From the IMG/VR virus record IMGVR_UViG_3300031418_000001: DNA of 64,000 bases; one strand, written 5' to 3'. The translations under genes were made by a program, and so were the position numbers. This DNA comes from a virus (lineage: Duplodnaviria; Heunggongvirae; Uroviricota; Caudoviricetes). Each line of letters begins with the position of its first letter. The first letter of the stretch is position 1. Shown here one piece after another: positions 8,325 to 15,889 of this stretch. The notes beneath the pieces are model-generated. The model saw only the letters and a list, made by a program, of their open reading frames with translations. It made no database searches and was not told the DNA's origin.

Positions 8325-8556
8325 GTACATTGAACAGGATAGAGATTTATATCAGTACGTAAGAGAACATGTACAAAATAAACCGAGAGTGTACGGTACT
8401 GAAATGTACAATACTTTGTGTTCTATACTTGAACACTTTGTGAATGATGAACTAAGGTTCGATTACATATCTGATGTACTTGATGCTTTAACTGGTCAGT
8501 GTCATGTGAATTGTATTATTGGTACTGGTGATTATCACCTCGATAAAGGTAATTAA
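8302..8556 (+). CDS. hypothetical protein
   Basis: ORF in gene run. Confidence 0.6.
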   Translation: MKFHQLIKYIEQDRDLYQYVREHVQNKPRVYGTEMYNTLCSILEHFVNDELRFDYISDVLDALTGQCHVNCIIGTGDYHLDKGN

Positions 8557-8557
8557 A

Positions 8558-9379
8558 ATGATTACTTGGTTAATCCAAGATACTGCGAGAATGTATTCAG
8601 CAGTTGAAAATGAAATTACACCACTCAATAAGTTGGGTTTTCAATTCAGAACCTTTGGTGTAATTCCATTTACAAATACTATTACTGGTCTTGATGATTT
8701 AGATCCTAACGGAAAATATATCGTTCGTGGTGGAACCAAGATTGTAGACTTGTTAAGTACTGGCGTATCTGATAATCTTTCTCCTGAGCTTATGGAAGCA
8801 CTTGCTAAAGGTGTATCATATAACAGGATGAACTTTGACCAAGCTTATTATTCTGAATTGGATTTACCATTACTGAATGCTAAACCAGAAATTCTGGATT
8901 TAAACGATGATAAGAATCTTCATGCATCATTCAGTACTGATAAGTTTGTTAAACCAAGTTCAGATCTTAAAGCCTTTACTGGTGGAGTAATGGAAGCTGG
9001 TGAAGTACTTAAGTACTTCATTGAAAGACATTATCACCGTTCCGGTTATGCAGAAGAAACTGCACTGGTTCATGACGTTGAAGAAATTAATTCAGAGTAC
9101 CGATTCATTTGCTTAAATGGTAAAGTGCTACAGGGTTCACAGTATCGTGGTAAACATGATCTTAAACTGGATGCTAATATTCCTTCTGAAATGATGAATG
9201 CAGCAGTTCAGTACGCTACGTTATACAAGCCAAGTGATTTATACACGATGGACTTAGCTGATACTCCTAACGGTATTAAAATTGTAGAGTACAATTGCTG
9301 GAATGGTTCAGGTTTGTATGCAATGAATGTAGAAGAACTTTTCACTAAGGTTCAGGAATATTATGAAAGTAAAAGCTAA
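8558..9379 (+). CDS. ATP-grasp domain protein (DUF4343/R2K-like)
   Basis: FVKPSSDLKAFTG, EYRF, GSQYR, MDLA..NGIKIVEYN motifs. Confidence 0.8.
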   Translation: MITWLIQDTARMYSAVENEITPLNKLGFQFRTFGVIPFTNTITGLDDLDPNGKYIVRGGTKIVDLLSTGVSDNLSPELMEALAKGVSYNRMNFDQAYYSELDLPLLNAKPEILDLNDDKNLHASFSTDKFVKPSSDLKAFTGGVMEAGEVLKYFIERHYHRSGYAEETALVHDVEEINSEYRFICLNGKVLQGSQYRGKHDLKLDANIPSEMMNAAVQYATLYKPSDLYTMDLADTPNGIKIVEYNCWNGSGLYAMNVEELFTKVQEYYESKS

Positions 9380-9569
9380 AAGTAATTTCTATAATGTATT
9401 TGGTGCTGACAGCTTTATTCAACACTGGCCTGAAATTTTAACTACTGGTATTGAAATTAAGAAAGATTCTTCTTTTTATTATGTAATAGTGGATGGGAAG
9501 ATTGCTCATGATTCAGCATTCTTTTCTGAAGAAGAATTCGAACAATGTCTTGAAATTATAAGTCAATAA
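9363..9569 (+). CDS. hypothetical protein
   Basis: AGGA RBS. Confidence 0.65.
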   Translation: MKVKAKSNFYNVFGADSFIQHWPEILTTGIEIKKDSSFYYVIVDGKIAHDSAFFSEEEFEQCLEIISQ

Positions 9570-9766
9570 TTAATCTTGGTACTTTAATTTTTCCCCCACA
9601 AAAAGACGTACTGGAAGTGACTCTTACAGATACCTCATGTTCTTGCAAGTGGGTATGTTGTTGCAAGCGGGTTTGATGCTTTGACGAAAAGAATGCATTC
9701 ATTGACTGGCAGTGGTAAACCAGAGGGTACGGCCTTTACCCTAACGTAGTCGGATAGGCATACTAC

Positions 9767-9839
9767 TGTCATGTAGCACAATCGGTGGTGCGTTCGCCTG
9801 TTAAGCGAGTGGTTGCAGGTTCGAGTCCTGTCATGACAG
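9767..9839 (+). tRNA. tRNA-Asn(GTT)
   Basis: TTCGC-CTGTTAA-GCGAG; TGTCATG/CATGACA; G73. Confidence 0.9.
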
Positions 9840-10009
9840 CAAAAATAAGTACTTAGATCCGTATTAAGTACTAAAGAAATACTTTTGTATCAAGCTGTTA
9901 TGAGTCGTGTAGCTTGTAAAATTATATAAGACGATCCGCGATGCACCTTGTATGGGTCAATCCGTAATGGTTAAATACATACAGTACTGAGAGCGGCAGT
10001 ACACAATAA

Positions 10010-10092
10010 GCGGCATTAGCTCAGTTGGTAGAGCACCTGATTTCCAATCAGGAGGCGTATAGTTCACACGGGTTCGAATCCTGTATGCCGCT
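10010..10092 (+). tRNA. tRNA-Gly(TCC) with expanded variable region
   Basis: CCTGA-TTTCCAA-TCAGG; U73; about 15-nt variable region. Confidence 0.85.
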
Positions 10093-10101
10093 CAAATACT
10101 A

Positions 10102-10195
10102 TATCGGTGCAGGTTTGCATTAGGGTTCGACTCCCACTAATCCAGCGGGCTGGACACTCGGCAGAGTGTATAAGGTTCGACTCCTTAGCCGATAC
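10102..10195 (+). ncRNA. tRNA-like RNA with five arms and two T-loops
   Basis: TATCGGT/GCCGATA acceptor-like helix; GGTTCGACTCC occurs twice. Confidence 0.55.
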
Positions 10196-10222
10196 AAATT
10201 AACTTTACATAGAGAATATAAA

Positions 10223-10417
10223 ATGGTAAATTCTAAATCAACTGATAAATTAAATATCATTTGTAGTACTGCAAAAGAGATCCTTACCAGTAATCCAGAA
10301 ATGCATGATAAGCTGAAATCAGTTTCCATTGTGTGGAAAGAAATTGATGGGATGGCAGTACCTGATGTTAAAATTGAATTCTATGAAAAAGGTTTAAATT
10401 TAAACAAGAGCGTTTAA
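10223..10417 (+). CDS. hypothetical protein
   Basis: ORF from ATG 10223. Confidence 0.6.
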   Translation: MVNSKSTDKLNIICSTAKEILTSNPEMHDKLKSVSIVWKEIDGMAVPDVKIEFYEKGLNLNKSV

Positions 10418-10427
10418 ATAAAAGTTT

Positions 10428-10592
10428 TGAGTACTTGTGTTCGCTTAGTCGCAGAGAATTACACTGATTCACGGTAATAGCAGTCGGCACGGCAACCATA
10501 AGCCCTGGCAATATAGTACTTAATAGTGTTGTACTATATCAAGAGCAGTCTATGATGTGGGTTCGAATCCCAACCAGTGACACAAGTGCCCA
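10428..10592 (+). ncRNA. structured RNA with internal T arm (unknown)
   Basis: GTACTTGTGT/ACACAAGTGC closing helix; TGGG-TTCGAAT-CCCA; no ORF. Confidence 0.45.
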
Positions 10593-10687
10593 AATATTAG
10601 TACTCTTAGGTGAAGACGCAGTAGGAAGTTAAAGCCCGTCATAATCTGATAGAAGTAATCTAAGAGTACTAATATTTAAAAACTTAT

Positions 10688-10761
10688 GGGGTAGTAAGCT
10701 AATGGTAAACTGGCCGCTTGTTTAGCGGTATTTCCCTGTTCGATTCAGGGCTATCCCGCCA
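10688..10761 (+). tRNA. tRNA with GTT anticodon (Asn), atypical U37
   Basis: GCCGC-TTGTTTA-GCGGT; GGGGTAG/CTATCCC; G73; CCA. Confidence 0.75.
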
Positions 10762-10777
10762 ATATTAAAGGTTCAAT

Positions 10778-10996
10778 ATGAGTACTAAAGTTACATTACA
10801 TGTATCTAATGAAGATATGGATTATGCACATTCAGTTTGGGATGCAGCAGAAGTCGCACTTCAGGCAGTAAATGAAGTATTGAAAGAAAAAGGTATTGAT
10901 ATTGAATTCAATGTGGAAAATCATGGTTGTATTCAAGATGTTCCTGCTGAATTCTATGGCGAAAATGGTGAATGGATAGAGGTAAAAGAACTATGA
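10778..10996 (+). CDS. hypothetical protein
   Basis: AAGGT RBS. Confidence 0.7.
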   Translation: MSTKVTLHVSNEDMDYAHSVWDAAEVALQAVNEVLKEKGIDIEFNVENHGCIQDVPAEFYGENGEWIEVKEL

Positions 10997-11152
10997 ATAA
11001 ACCAGATTTTAGTATTCATGATATGCTTGGTGAGATTAAACCATTTTCAAGAGAAGACCTGGAAATCTTACGTACTCATGAAGAAATGCATCGTCTGATG
11101 CAATTGGCAAAACGTTTCCCTGTGGAAATGAAGAAAAAGAATTAAGTACTAT

Positions 11153-11225
11153 GGGATAATAGCTCAGTTGGTAGAGCATCTGATTGAAGATCAGAGTGTC
11201 GGGGGTTCGACTCCCTCTTATCCCA
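11153..11225 (+). tRNA. tRNA-Phe(GAA)
   Basis: TCTGA-TTGAAGA-TCAGA. Confidence 0.93.
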
Positions 11226-11413
11226 CAAACAGAACGAATGTATCCAGCACTGATAAAACTTATAGTGTGGTGTAGTGAACCCGTGTATGCAGTGTAGCTT
11301 TAATATAATTAAGCAGTTACGTTTCCATTGCTTAGAGATCACACCTCTAAGTACTCACTATGGATAAAAAAAGCAGTACTAATATCTTTGGATAGGGTGT
11401 TAGTACTAACTTT

Positions 11414-11486
11414 GGGTTGTTAGCTCAGTTGGTAGAGCAAGATACTTTTAATATCGAGGTCACAGGTTCAAGCCCTGTACAGCCCA
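11414..11486 (+). tRNA. tRNA-Lys(TTT)
   Basis: AGATA-CTTTTAA-TATCG; GGGTTGT/ACAGCCC. Confidence 0.92.
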
Positions 11487-11514
11487 CAAACTATAATAAA
11501 TTGAGTACCAAATA

Positions 11515-12003
11515 ATGAATTCATCAGAAATTAAACAATTCAAAGTTGCTTTGAAAATGTTTTATGATAATCCTGAACGATTGAATAAACTTTATACTTT
11601 AAACCAGTTGAAGTTGTGTAAATCTGGCACATTTGTTCTTTCACATATTTTATCAGATTCAGTTGATAAAATTGATAAAGAGATAATGAGCGATAGTGTC
11701 ATTTTGGCTTTAGAAATCCACGAACATGAAATGTATTTAAGAACAGTTATTACTGGTGATTTCTATAATGAATTACGTCAGAGATACCTTAGAGTACTGA
11801 ATGTCAGAGCCATGAATAATGAAAATAATCCAACATCATCAAGTCATTTAGTATGGATGTTATTACAATTAGGTTCTGGTGAAATGTCTGAAACCAAGAA
11901 ACATCGTTGGTTAGGATATATTCAGGGTTGTATGGTAATGAAGAATTTTATTACTGTACAAGAAGAAAGAGATTTGACACGTGGTGTTTTCAACGGAAAA
12001 TAA
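11515..12003 (+). CDS. hypothetical protein
   Basis: long ORF; C-terminal KHRWLGYIQG motif. Confidence 0.7.
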   Translation: MNSSEIKQFKVALKMFYDNPERLNKLYTLNQLKLCKSGTFVLSHILSDSVDKIDKEIMSDSVILALEIHEHEMYLRTVITGDFYNELRQRYLRVLNVRAMNNENNPTSSSHLVWMLLQLGSGEMSETKKHRWLGYIQGCMVMKNFITVQEERDLTRGVFNGK

Positions 12004-12004
12004 A

Positions 12005-12412
12005 ATGAATACTTTAATTGATAGTTGGATGAAGAATGTGAAAACTTATCCACCTGCTGAGATTTTCTTTGAGAAGTACGGTAAAGACGCAAAAGCTGAA
12101 GAACGTATTAAAACAGTGTGTGAAGAAGTATATCGCTTCTGCTTCCCTGAAAGTACAAAGAATCCATTAGGTGATCTTGGTGCGTCCTATCGTGAATTAG
12201 AAGTAGCGTATAAAATTGGTTTTGAAGGTATGAAACCGGAGTATATTACAAAGGTTAAAGATGCTTTCTTGGAAGATGCTAAGTATGCAGTTAAAGCACT
12301 TGACGAATTATTCAAGAAAGACCAGATTCTTCAACAATATTATTCTTCCTGGAAAATTAAGTACCAAGATATTAGTACTGAAGTTTATAATATGACTAAA
12401 AATTATATTTAA
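12005..12412 (+). CDS. hypothetical protein
   Basis: ORF from ATG 12005. Confidence 0.7.
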   Translation: MNTLIDSWMKNVKTYPPAEIFFEKYGKDAKAEERIKTVCEEVYRFCFPESTKNPLGDLGASYRELEVAYKIGFEGMKPEYITKVKDAFLEDAKYAVKALDELFKKDQILQQYYSSWKIKYQDISTEVYNMTKNYI

Positions 12413-12418
12413 AAAATG

Positions 12419-12447
12419 TGAAACAAATACAAATTATGTCCTATACT
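12419..12447 (+). promoter_or_regulatory. putative phage promoter TGAAAC-N17-TATACT
   Basis: repeat motif with exact spacing; upstream of tRNA-Asp. Confidence 0.7.
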
Positions 12448-12470
12448 TATAGTATAAGATAAAGAAATAC

Positions 12471-12545
12471 GGTTCCATCGTTTAGCGGCTATGATACTCC
12501 CCTGTCACGGGAGAGACGCGGGTTCGATTCCCGCTGGAACCGCCA
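12471..12545 (+). tRNA. tRNA-Asp(GTC)
   Basis: CTCCC-CTGTCAC-GGGAG; CCA. Confidence 0.95.
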
Positions 12546-12549
12546 ATTT

Positions 12550-12641
12550 GGTGAGGTGGCAGAGCTTGGCTTATTGCACTGGTCTTGAAAACCAGCGGAG
12601 GTTAACCCCTTCCGAGAGTTCGAATCTCTCCCTCACCGCCA
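12550..12641 (+). tRNA. tRNA-Ser(TGA)
   Basis: CTGGT-CTTGAAA-ACCAG; long variable arm; CCA. Confidence 0.95.
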
Positions 12642-12646
12642 TATTA

Positions 12647-12711
12647 TGGATTCCCGCAGCAAACCATTATGAAATAGACTTTTAATCTAAACCTTCAAAA
12701 AATGGAATCCA
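12647..12711 (+). ncRNA. CAGCAA element 5 (Lys TTT anticodon stem-loop)
   Basis: TGGATTCC/GGAATCCA; GCAGCAA; TAGA-CTTTTAA-TCTA. Confidence 0.65.
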
Positions 12712-12743
12712 GCTAAATTACGTGAGTTATCACAACTGAATTA

Positions 12744-12809
12744 AAGAATCCCGCAGCAAACCCCAAATGAAAAAGACTTTTAATCTTATACTTCAATAAA
12801 TGGATTCTT
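12744..12809 (+). ncRNA. CAGCAA element 6 (Lys TTT anticodon stem-loop)
   Basis: AAGAATCC/GGATTCTT; GCAGCAA; AAGA-CTTTTAA-TCTT. Confidence 0.65.
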
Positions 12810-12831
12810 GTTAATTTTAAGGTACTAAAAA

Positions 12832-12888
12832 ATGGACGATTCTTACTGGTTACTGCTGTTAATTATTGTAGTAATTATTCTGTTATAA
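12832..12888 (+). CDS. putative 18-aa hydrophobic peptide
   Basis: TAAGGT RBS; MDDSYWLLLLIIVVIILL. Confidence 0.4.
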   Translation: MDDSYWLLLLIIVVIILL

Positions 12889-12897
12889 GGTATTAAT

Positions 12898-12966
12898 ATG
12901 AGTATCTTATTAGCTATTTCTATATTAATCCTTGCTTGTATTGCAATAGGATTCTATATTGATTGA
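12898..12966 (+). CDS. putative 22-aa hydrophobic peptide
   Basis: TAAGGT RBS; MSILLAISILILACIAIGFYID. Confidence 0.4.
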   Translation: MSILLAISILILACIAIGFYID

Positions 12967-12990
12967 TGAAAATGTCCGAGGATTTATAGA

Positions 12991-13107
12991 ATGATTAGTG
13001 TATTAGTAATTTTTGGTAGTATTGTAGTAATGACATTCAGTGCAGGTATTGCAGCAGTTGTTGGGTACTGGATGGTGAAGAAACTTGCCGACTTACTTGG
13101 TAAGTAA
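12991..13107 (+). CDS. putative 38-aa membrane peptide
   Basis: GAGGA RBS; single hydrophobic helix with basic tail. Confidence 0.5.
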   Translation: MISVLVIFGSIVVMTFSAGIAAVVGYWMVKKLADLLGK

Positions 13108-13110
13108 TAT

Positions 13111-13182
13111 TGGGAATTATTTCAGTGGTAGAAAGCACAACTGATAATTGTGAGGTCGCTGGTTCGAATCCAGCATTCCCAA
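13111..13182 (+). tRNA. tRNA-Ile(GAT)
   Basis: CACAA-CTGATAA-TTGTG. Confidence 0.92.
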
Positions 13183-13215
13183 CTAATTTTAACAATAACT
13201 AAGAATCCAAACAAT

Positions 13216-13881
13216 ATGTCAAAAGATAAAGAAGTTAAGTACTCAACTGTGAAATATAACTCTTTAACCATTTTTAATAACCCGAGCTTTGCTACACATA
13301 CAATTGCTGGTGCTATTAATGATACATCCTTTAAAGACTTTCGTGATTTTTTGAATAAAGTATTCGAACATAATCAGAAAATTGATGAAGATGATCGTGA
13401 GTTCAAAGAGAAAGAAGCGTTTAATAAGATCCATGATCCAGAAGCTAAACCAACTTTCCGTAGTACTAAAACCAAAATCGAACGTATCAACCTTATCGTT
13501 GATAGTCGTGGTGGTTCATGTTCTTCAATGACTAACATTGTTGCTCTCATGAATGCATCACCTATTCCGATTGATACTTACTGTTTCGGTGCTGCAATGA
13601 GTGCAGGCTTCATGATCTTTATCCACGGTAAACGTCGCTATATCGACGGTACAGTAGACCTTATGACGCATAGTTTAAGTACTATGGTATGGGACGATGC
13701 ACCGAGCATTAAGCGTTATACTGACCATATTGTTCGTTTGAATGATATCTATCAGCAGATGATCGCAGATAAAACTGGTCTGACCCTGGAATGGATTAAA
13801 CAAAACGAAGAACGAGATATTCACTTTATTGCTGAAGAAGCACTTAAGTCTAAAATCGCTGATGTTTTGGTAGTTAATTAA
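13216..13881 (+). CDS. clpP: ClpP-like serine protease (peptidase S14)
   Basis: INLIVDSRGGS, TYCFGAAMSAG (catalytic Ser), LMTH (catalytic His), FIAEEALK..IAD; start moved downstream of tRNA-Ile. Confidence 0.85.
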   Translation: MSKDKEVKYSTVKYNSLTIFNNPSFATHTIAGAINDTSFKDFRDFLNKVFEHNQKIDEDDREFKEKEAFNKIHDPEAKPTFRSTKTKIERINLIVDSRGGSCSSMTNIVALMNASPIPIDTYCFGAAMSAGFMIFIHGKRRYIDGTVDLMTHSLSTMVWDDAPSIKRYTDHIVRLNDIYQQMIADKTGLTLEWIKQNEERDIHFIAEEALKSKIADVLVVN

Positions 13882-13891
13882 TAAAAGAATT

Positions 13892-14020
13892 TGGAATTAA
13901 ACAGCAAAAACTTTATAATGGGAACAATTGGTCGAAGGTTCGAATCCTTCTCTCCCGACCATTTCTGACGGGAGATAGCTCAGTGGTAGAGCACTTGTAT
14001 ATAAAACAAAATTAATTCCA
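13892..14020 (+). ncRNA. CAGCAA element 7 containing a circularly permuted tRNA-Pro(TGG)
   Basis: 3' half (TGG...T arm...TCTCCCG-A-CCA, 13919-13961) precedes 5' half (CGGGAGA...D arm...CTTGT, 13969-14000). Confidence 0.8.
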
Positions 14021-14039
14021 GTTAAATTCAGGTACAAAA

Positions 14040-14423
14040 ATGAATACTATTGAAGCAATTAACATTGTTCATGATAATCTCACTAATGGTATGTTATATC
14101 CTTATTACTTCAGATATGATCAACCACCTGTAGTAGCATTTAAGTACTGCCATCCTACTGAACTTGATAAGTACGTTTATGTACTTCCTCCTATGTGTAC
14201 TTCTCGTATCGTATGGACTTCATTCAGTAAAGATGACGGCGTTATTATTGAACGCAAAAATAACAGACATGTCTGGTATAATAATGGTGATACAATCACT
14301 ATTCCTAAGATTGATGCAAGCAATGATAAGTGGTTTAACTTTTCAGTACGTTTCAATCTTACTAAAGAACTGTACCAGAAGTACCTTGATATTTTGAAAC
14401 ATGCTGAGAAACTTACACCATGA
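14040..14423 (+). CDS. hypothetical protein, C-terminal motif family
   Basis: IPKIDASNDKWFNFSVRFNLTKELY. Confidence 0.75.
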   Translation: MNTIEAINIVHDNLTNGMLYPYYFRYDQPPVVAFKYCHPTELDKYVYVLPPMCTSRIVWTSFSKDDGVIIERKNNRHVWYNNGDTITIPKIDASNDKWFNFSVRFNLTKELYQKYLDILKHAEKLTP

Positions 14424-14833
14424 ATAATTTCAAACTTACTTATGGTGAAGTACTTCAACTTTTGGTTGATAACCTTGATAGTACACAATTCTTATCTCAT
14501 TTAGATGATGAGGATGATTGTGACGATGAAGGTGAAGCGTATTGGCTATGCTACCATTATAAAGATTATGAAATTAATTTTTATTTGGAAGATTTTACGT
14601 ACTACAGTACATCAGATGGTAAAAATCCTTATTCATGTTTCAGACCATGTTTCAGTACTCGAAAGGGCAAACACAGTTATCTTAATATCGGTATACCTTG
14701 TGCTACTGACATTCCTAAAACAAAAGAGGAATGGTTTAACTTCGGTCTTATATATCAAGAGACAAAAGCTGATTTCGAAAACTATCTTAAATTAGTGGAA
14801 CATCTTAATAATGAGAAGAATAAGCTACGGTGA
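14420..14833 (+). CDS. hypothetical protein, C-terminal motif family
   Basis: IPKTKEEWFNF. Confidence 0.75.
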   Translation: MNNFKLTYGEVLQLLVDNLDSTQFLSHLDDEDDCDDEGEAYWLCYHYKDYEINFYLEDFTYYSTSDGKNPYSCFRPCFSTRKGKHSYLNIGIPCATDIPKTKEEWFNFGLIYQETKADFENYLKLVEHLNNEKNKLR

Positions 14834-15158
14834 ACTACTTCGAATTATAGTACAGAATCTTGATAATCATTATTATCAGTTCGATAAGTTCACTATTGAG
14901 TACGAACAGTACAAGATAAGTTATGACCTTCGTGATTCAGTGTTGTATTACCGTTATCAAAATACGGTAGTTGATAGTTTTTGCTACTTCTTTGAATATG
15001 CAGAAGGTGAATTTTATTACATCAGAGATAATAGTCAAACCATTCCAGTACCACAAACTAAAGAAGACTGGTTTATGTTTGCTATAGAGAATGAGCAAAC
15101 TAAAGAGGATTTTGATAACTTAATTAAGATTCATGAATATGCCAAAAACATCAAATAA
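14811..15158 (+). CDS. hypothetical protein, C-terminal motif family
   Basis: VPQTKEDWFMF; N-terminal SYGELL..IVQNLD shared with neighbours. Confidence 0.75.
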   Translation: MRRISYGELLRIIVQNLDNHYYQFDKFTIEYEQYKISYDLRDSVLYYRYQNTVVDSFCYFFEYAEGEFYYIRDNSQTIPVPQTKEDWFMFAIENEQTKEDFDNLIKIHEYAKNIK

Positions 15159-15579
15159 TTGTCTAAGCTATGAACAAATTCTTGAGTACGTAAGTAATAA
15201 TCTTGACCTTATTAAACCGTTCGTTCTTGATGATGTTGTTGAACTTTGTAGTAAAGTAGATGAACACTTCATGAAAATTAGAATTGATGTAACATATTCA
15301 AAGTTTCATGTTCTGTATTTTATTGATGAATGTTATAATATTACTAATAATATAGAAGTTTTTAAAAAGTTCATTAAGAAACATGATAATTATTACTACT
15401 CTGAACTTCCAGCTAAAAGAACTCCATATGAAGTTATTGATTCTGAAATTCTGTTGGATATTCCTCAGACAAAAGATGAATGGTTTAATCTTCTTATGAC
15501 TGATGATTTGTCACAAGAATACTTTCTTAAATTCAAAGAGATAATTGTGCACTGTGAAAAGTTACTCGGATTTGCTTAA
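15133..15579 (+). CDS. hypothetical protein, C-terminal motif family
   Basis: IPQTKDEWFNL. Confidence 0.75.
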   Translation: MNMPKTSNNCLSYEQILEYVSNNLDLIKPFVLDDVVELCSKVDEHFMKIRIDVTYSKFHVLYFIDECYNITNNIEVFKKFIKKHDNYYYSELPAKRTPYEVIDSEILLDIPQTKDEWFNLLMTDDLSQEYFLKFKEIIVHCEKLLGFA

Positions 15580-15889
15580 AGATATTAAGAAAGATATAAA
15601 AAGAAAAACTCATTATCGTGTTTTTTTGGGTTCTCATGATATTATCGTTTTTACTGTTGCTCTTAATTCATTTAATGGAAACAGGGTTACTAAAGTACCT
15701 AAATTAGCAGGTACATTGCGGTTTGAATCCGATAATAAAGTCTATTACCACTTAGATGATTCGGGTGATAATATTAGAGAACTTCCAGAAGAAAAAGATG
15801 AGTTGTTTAACTTCATGGTTTTCACTGGATTAACTCAAGAAGACATTGATATATTTTGCGAAATTGTAGATTTATATTATGAAAATTAA
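15545..15889 (+). CDS. hypothetical protein, C-terminal motif family
   Basis: LPEEKDELFNF. Confidence 0.7.
   Translation: MCTVKSYSDLLKDIKKDIKRKTHYRVFLGSHDIIVFTVALNSFNGNRVTKVPKLAGTLRFESDNKVYYHLDDSGDNIRELPEEKDELFNFMVFTGLTQEDIDIFCEIVDLYYEN

Noticed and set aside
10610-10660. Twister ribozyme, suggested by AAGCCC
   Set aside because: I could not build the P2/P4 stems and pseudoknots by eye, so it is left as an unknown structure.
7781-12641. Suppressor tRNAs or stop-codon recoding suggested by TAG, TAA and TGA anticodons
   Set aside because: These anticodons read CUA, UUA and UCA, and the long genes are intact in the standard code.
12491-12685. 64-aa ORF
   Set aside because: It lies over tRNA-Asp and tRNA-Ser.
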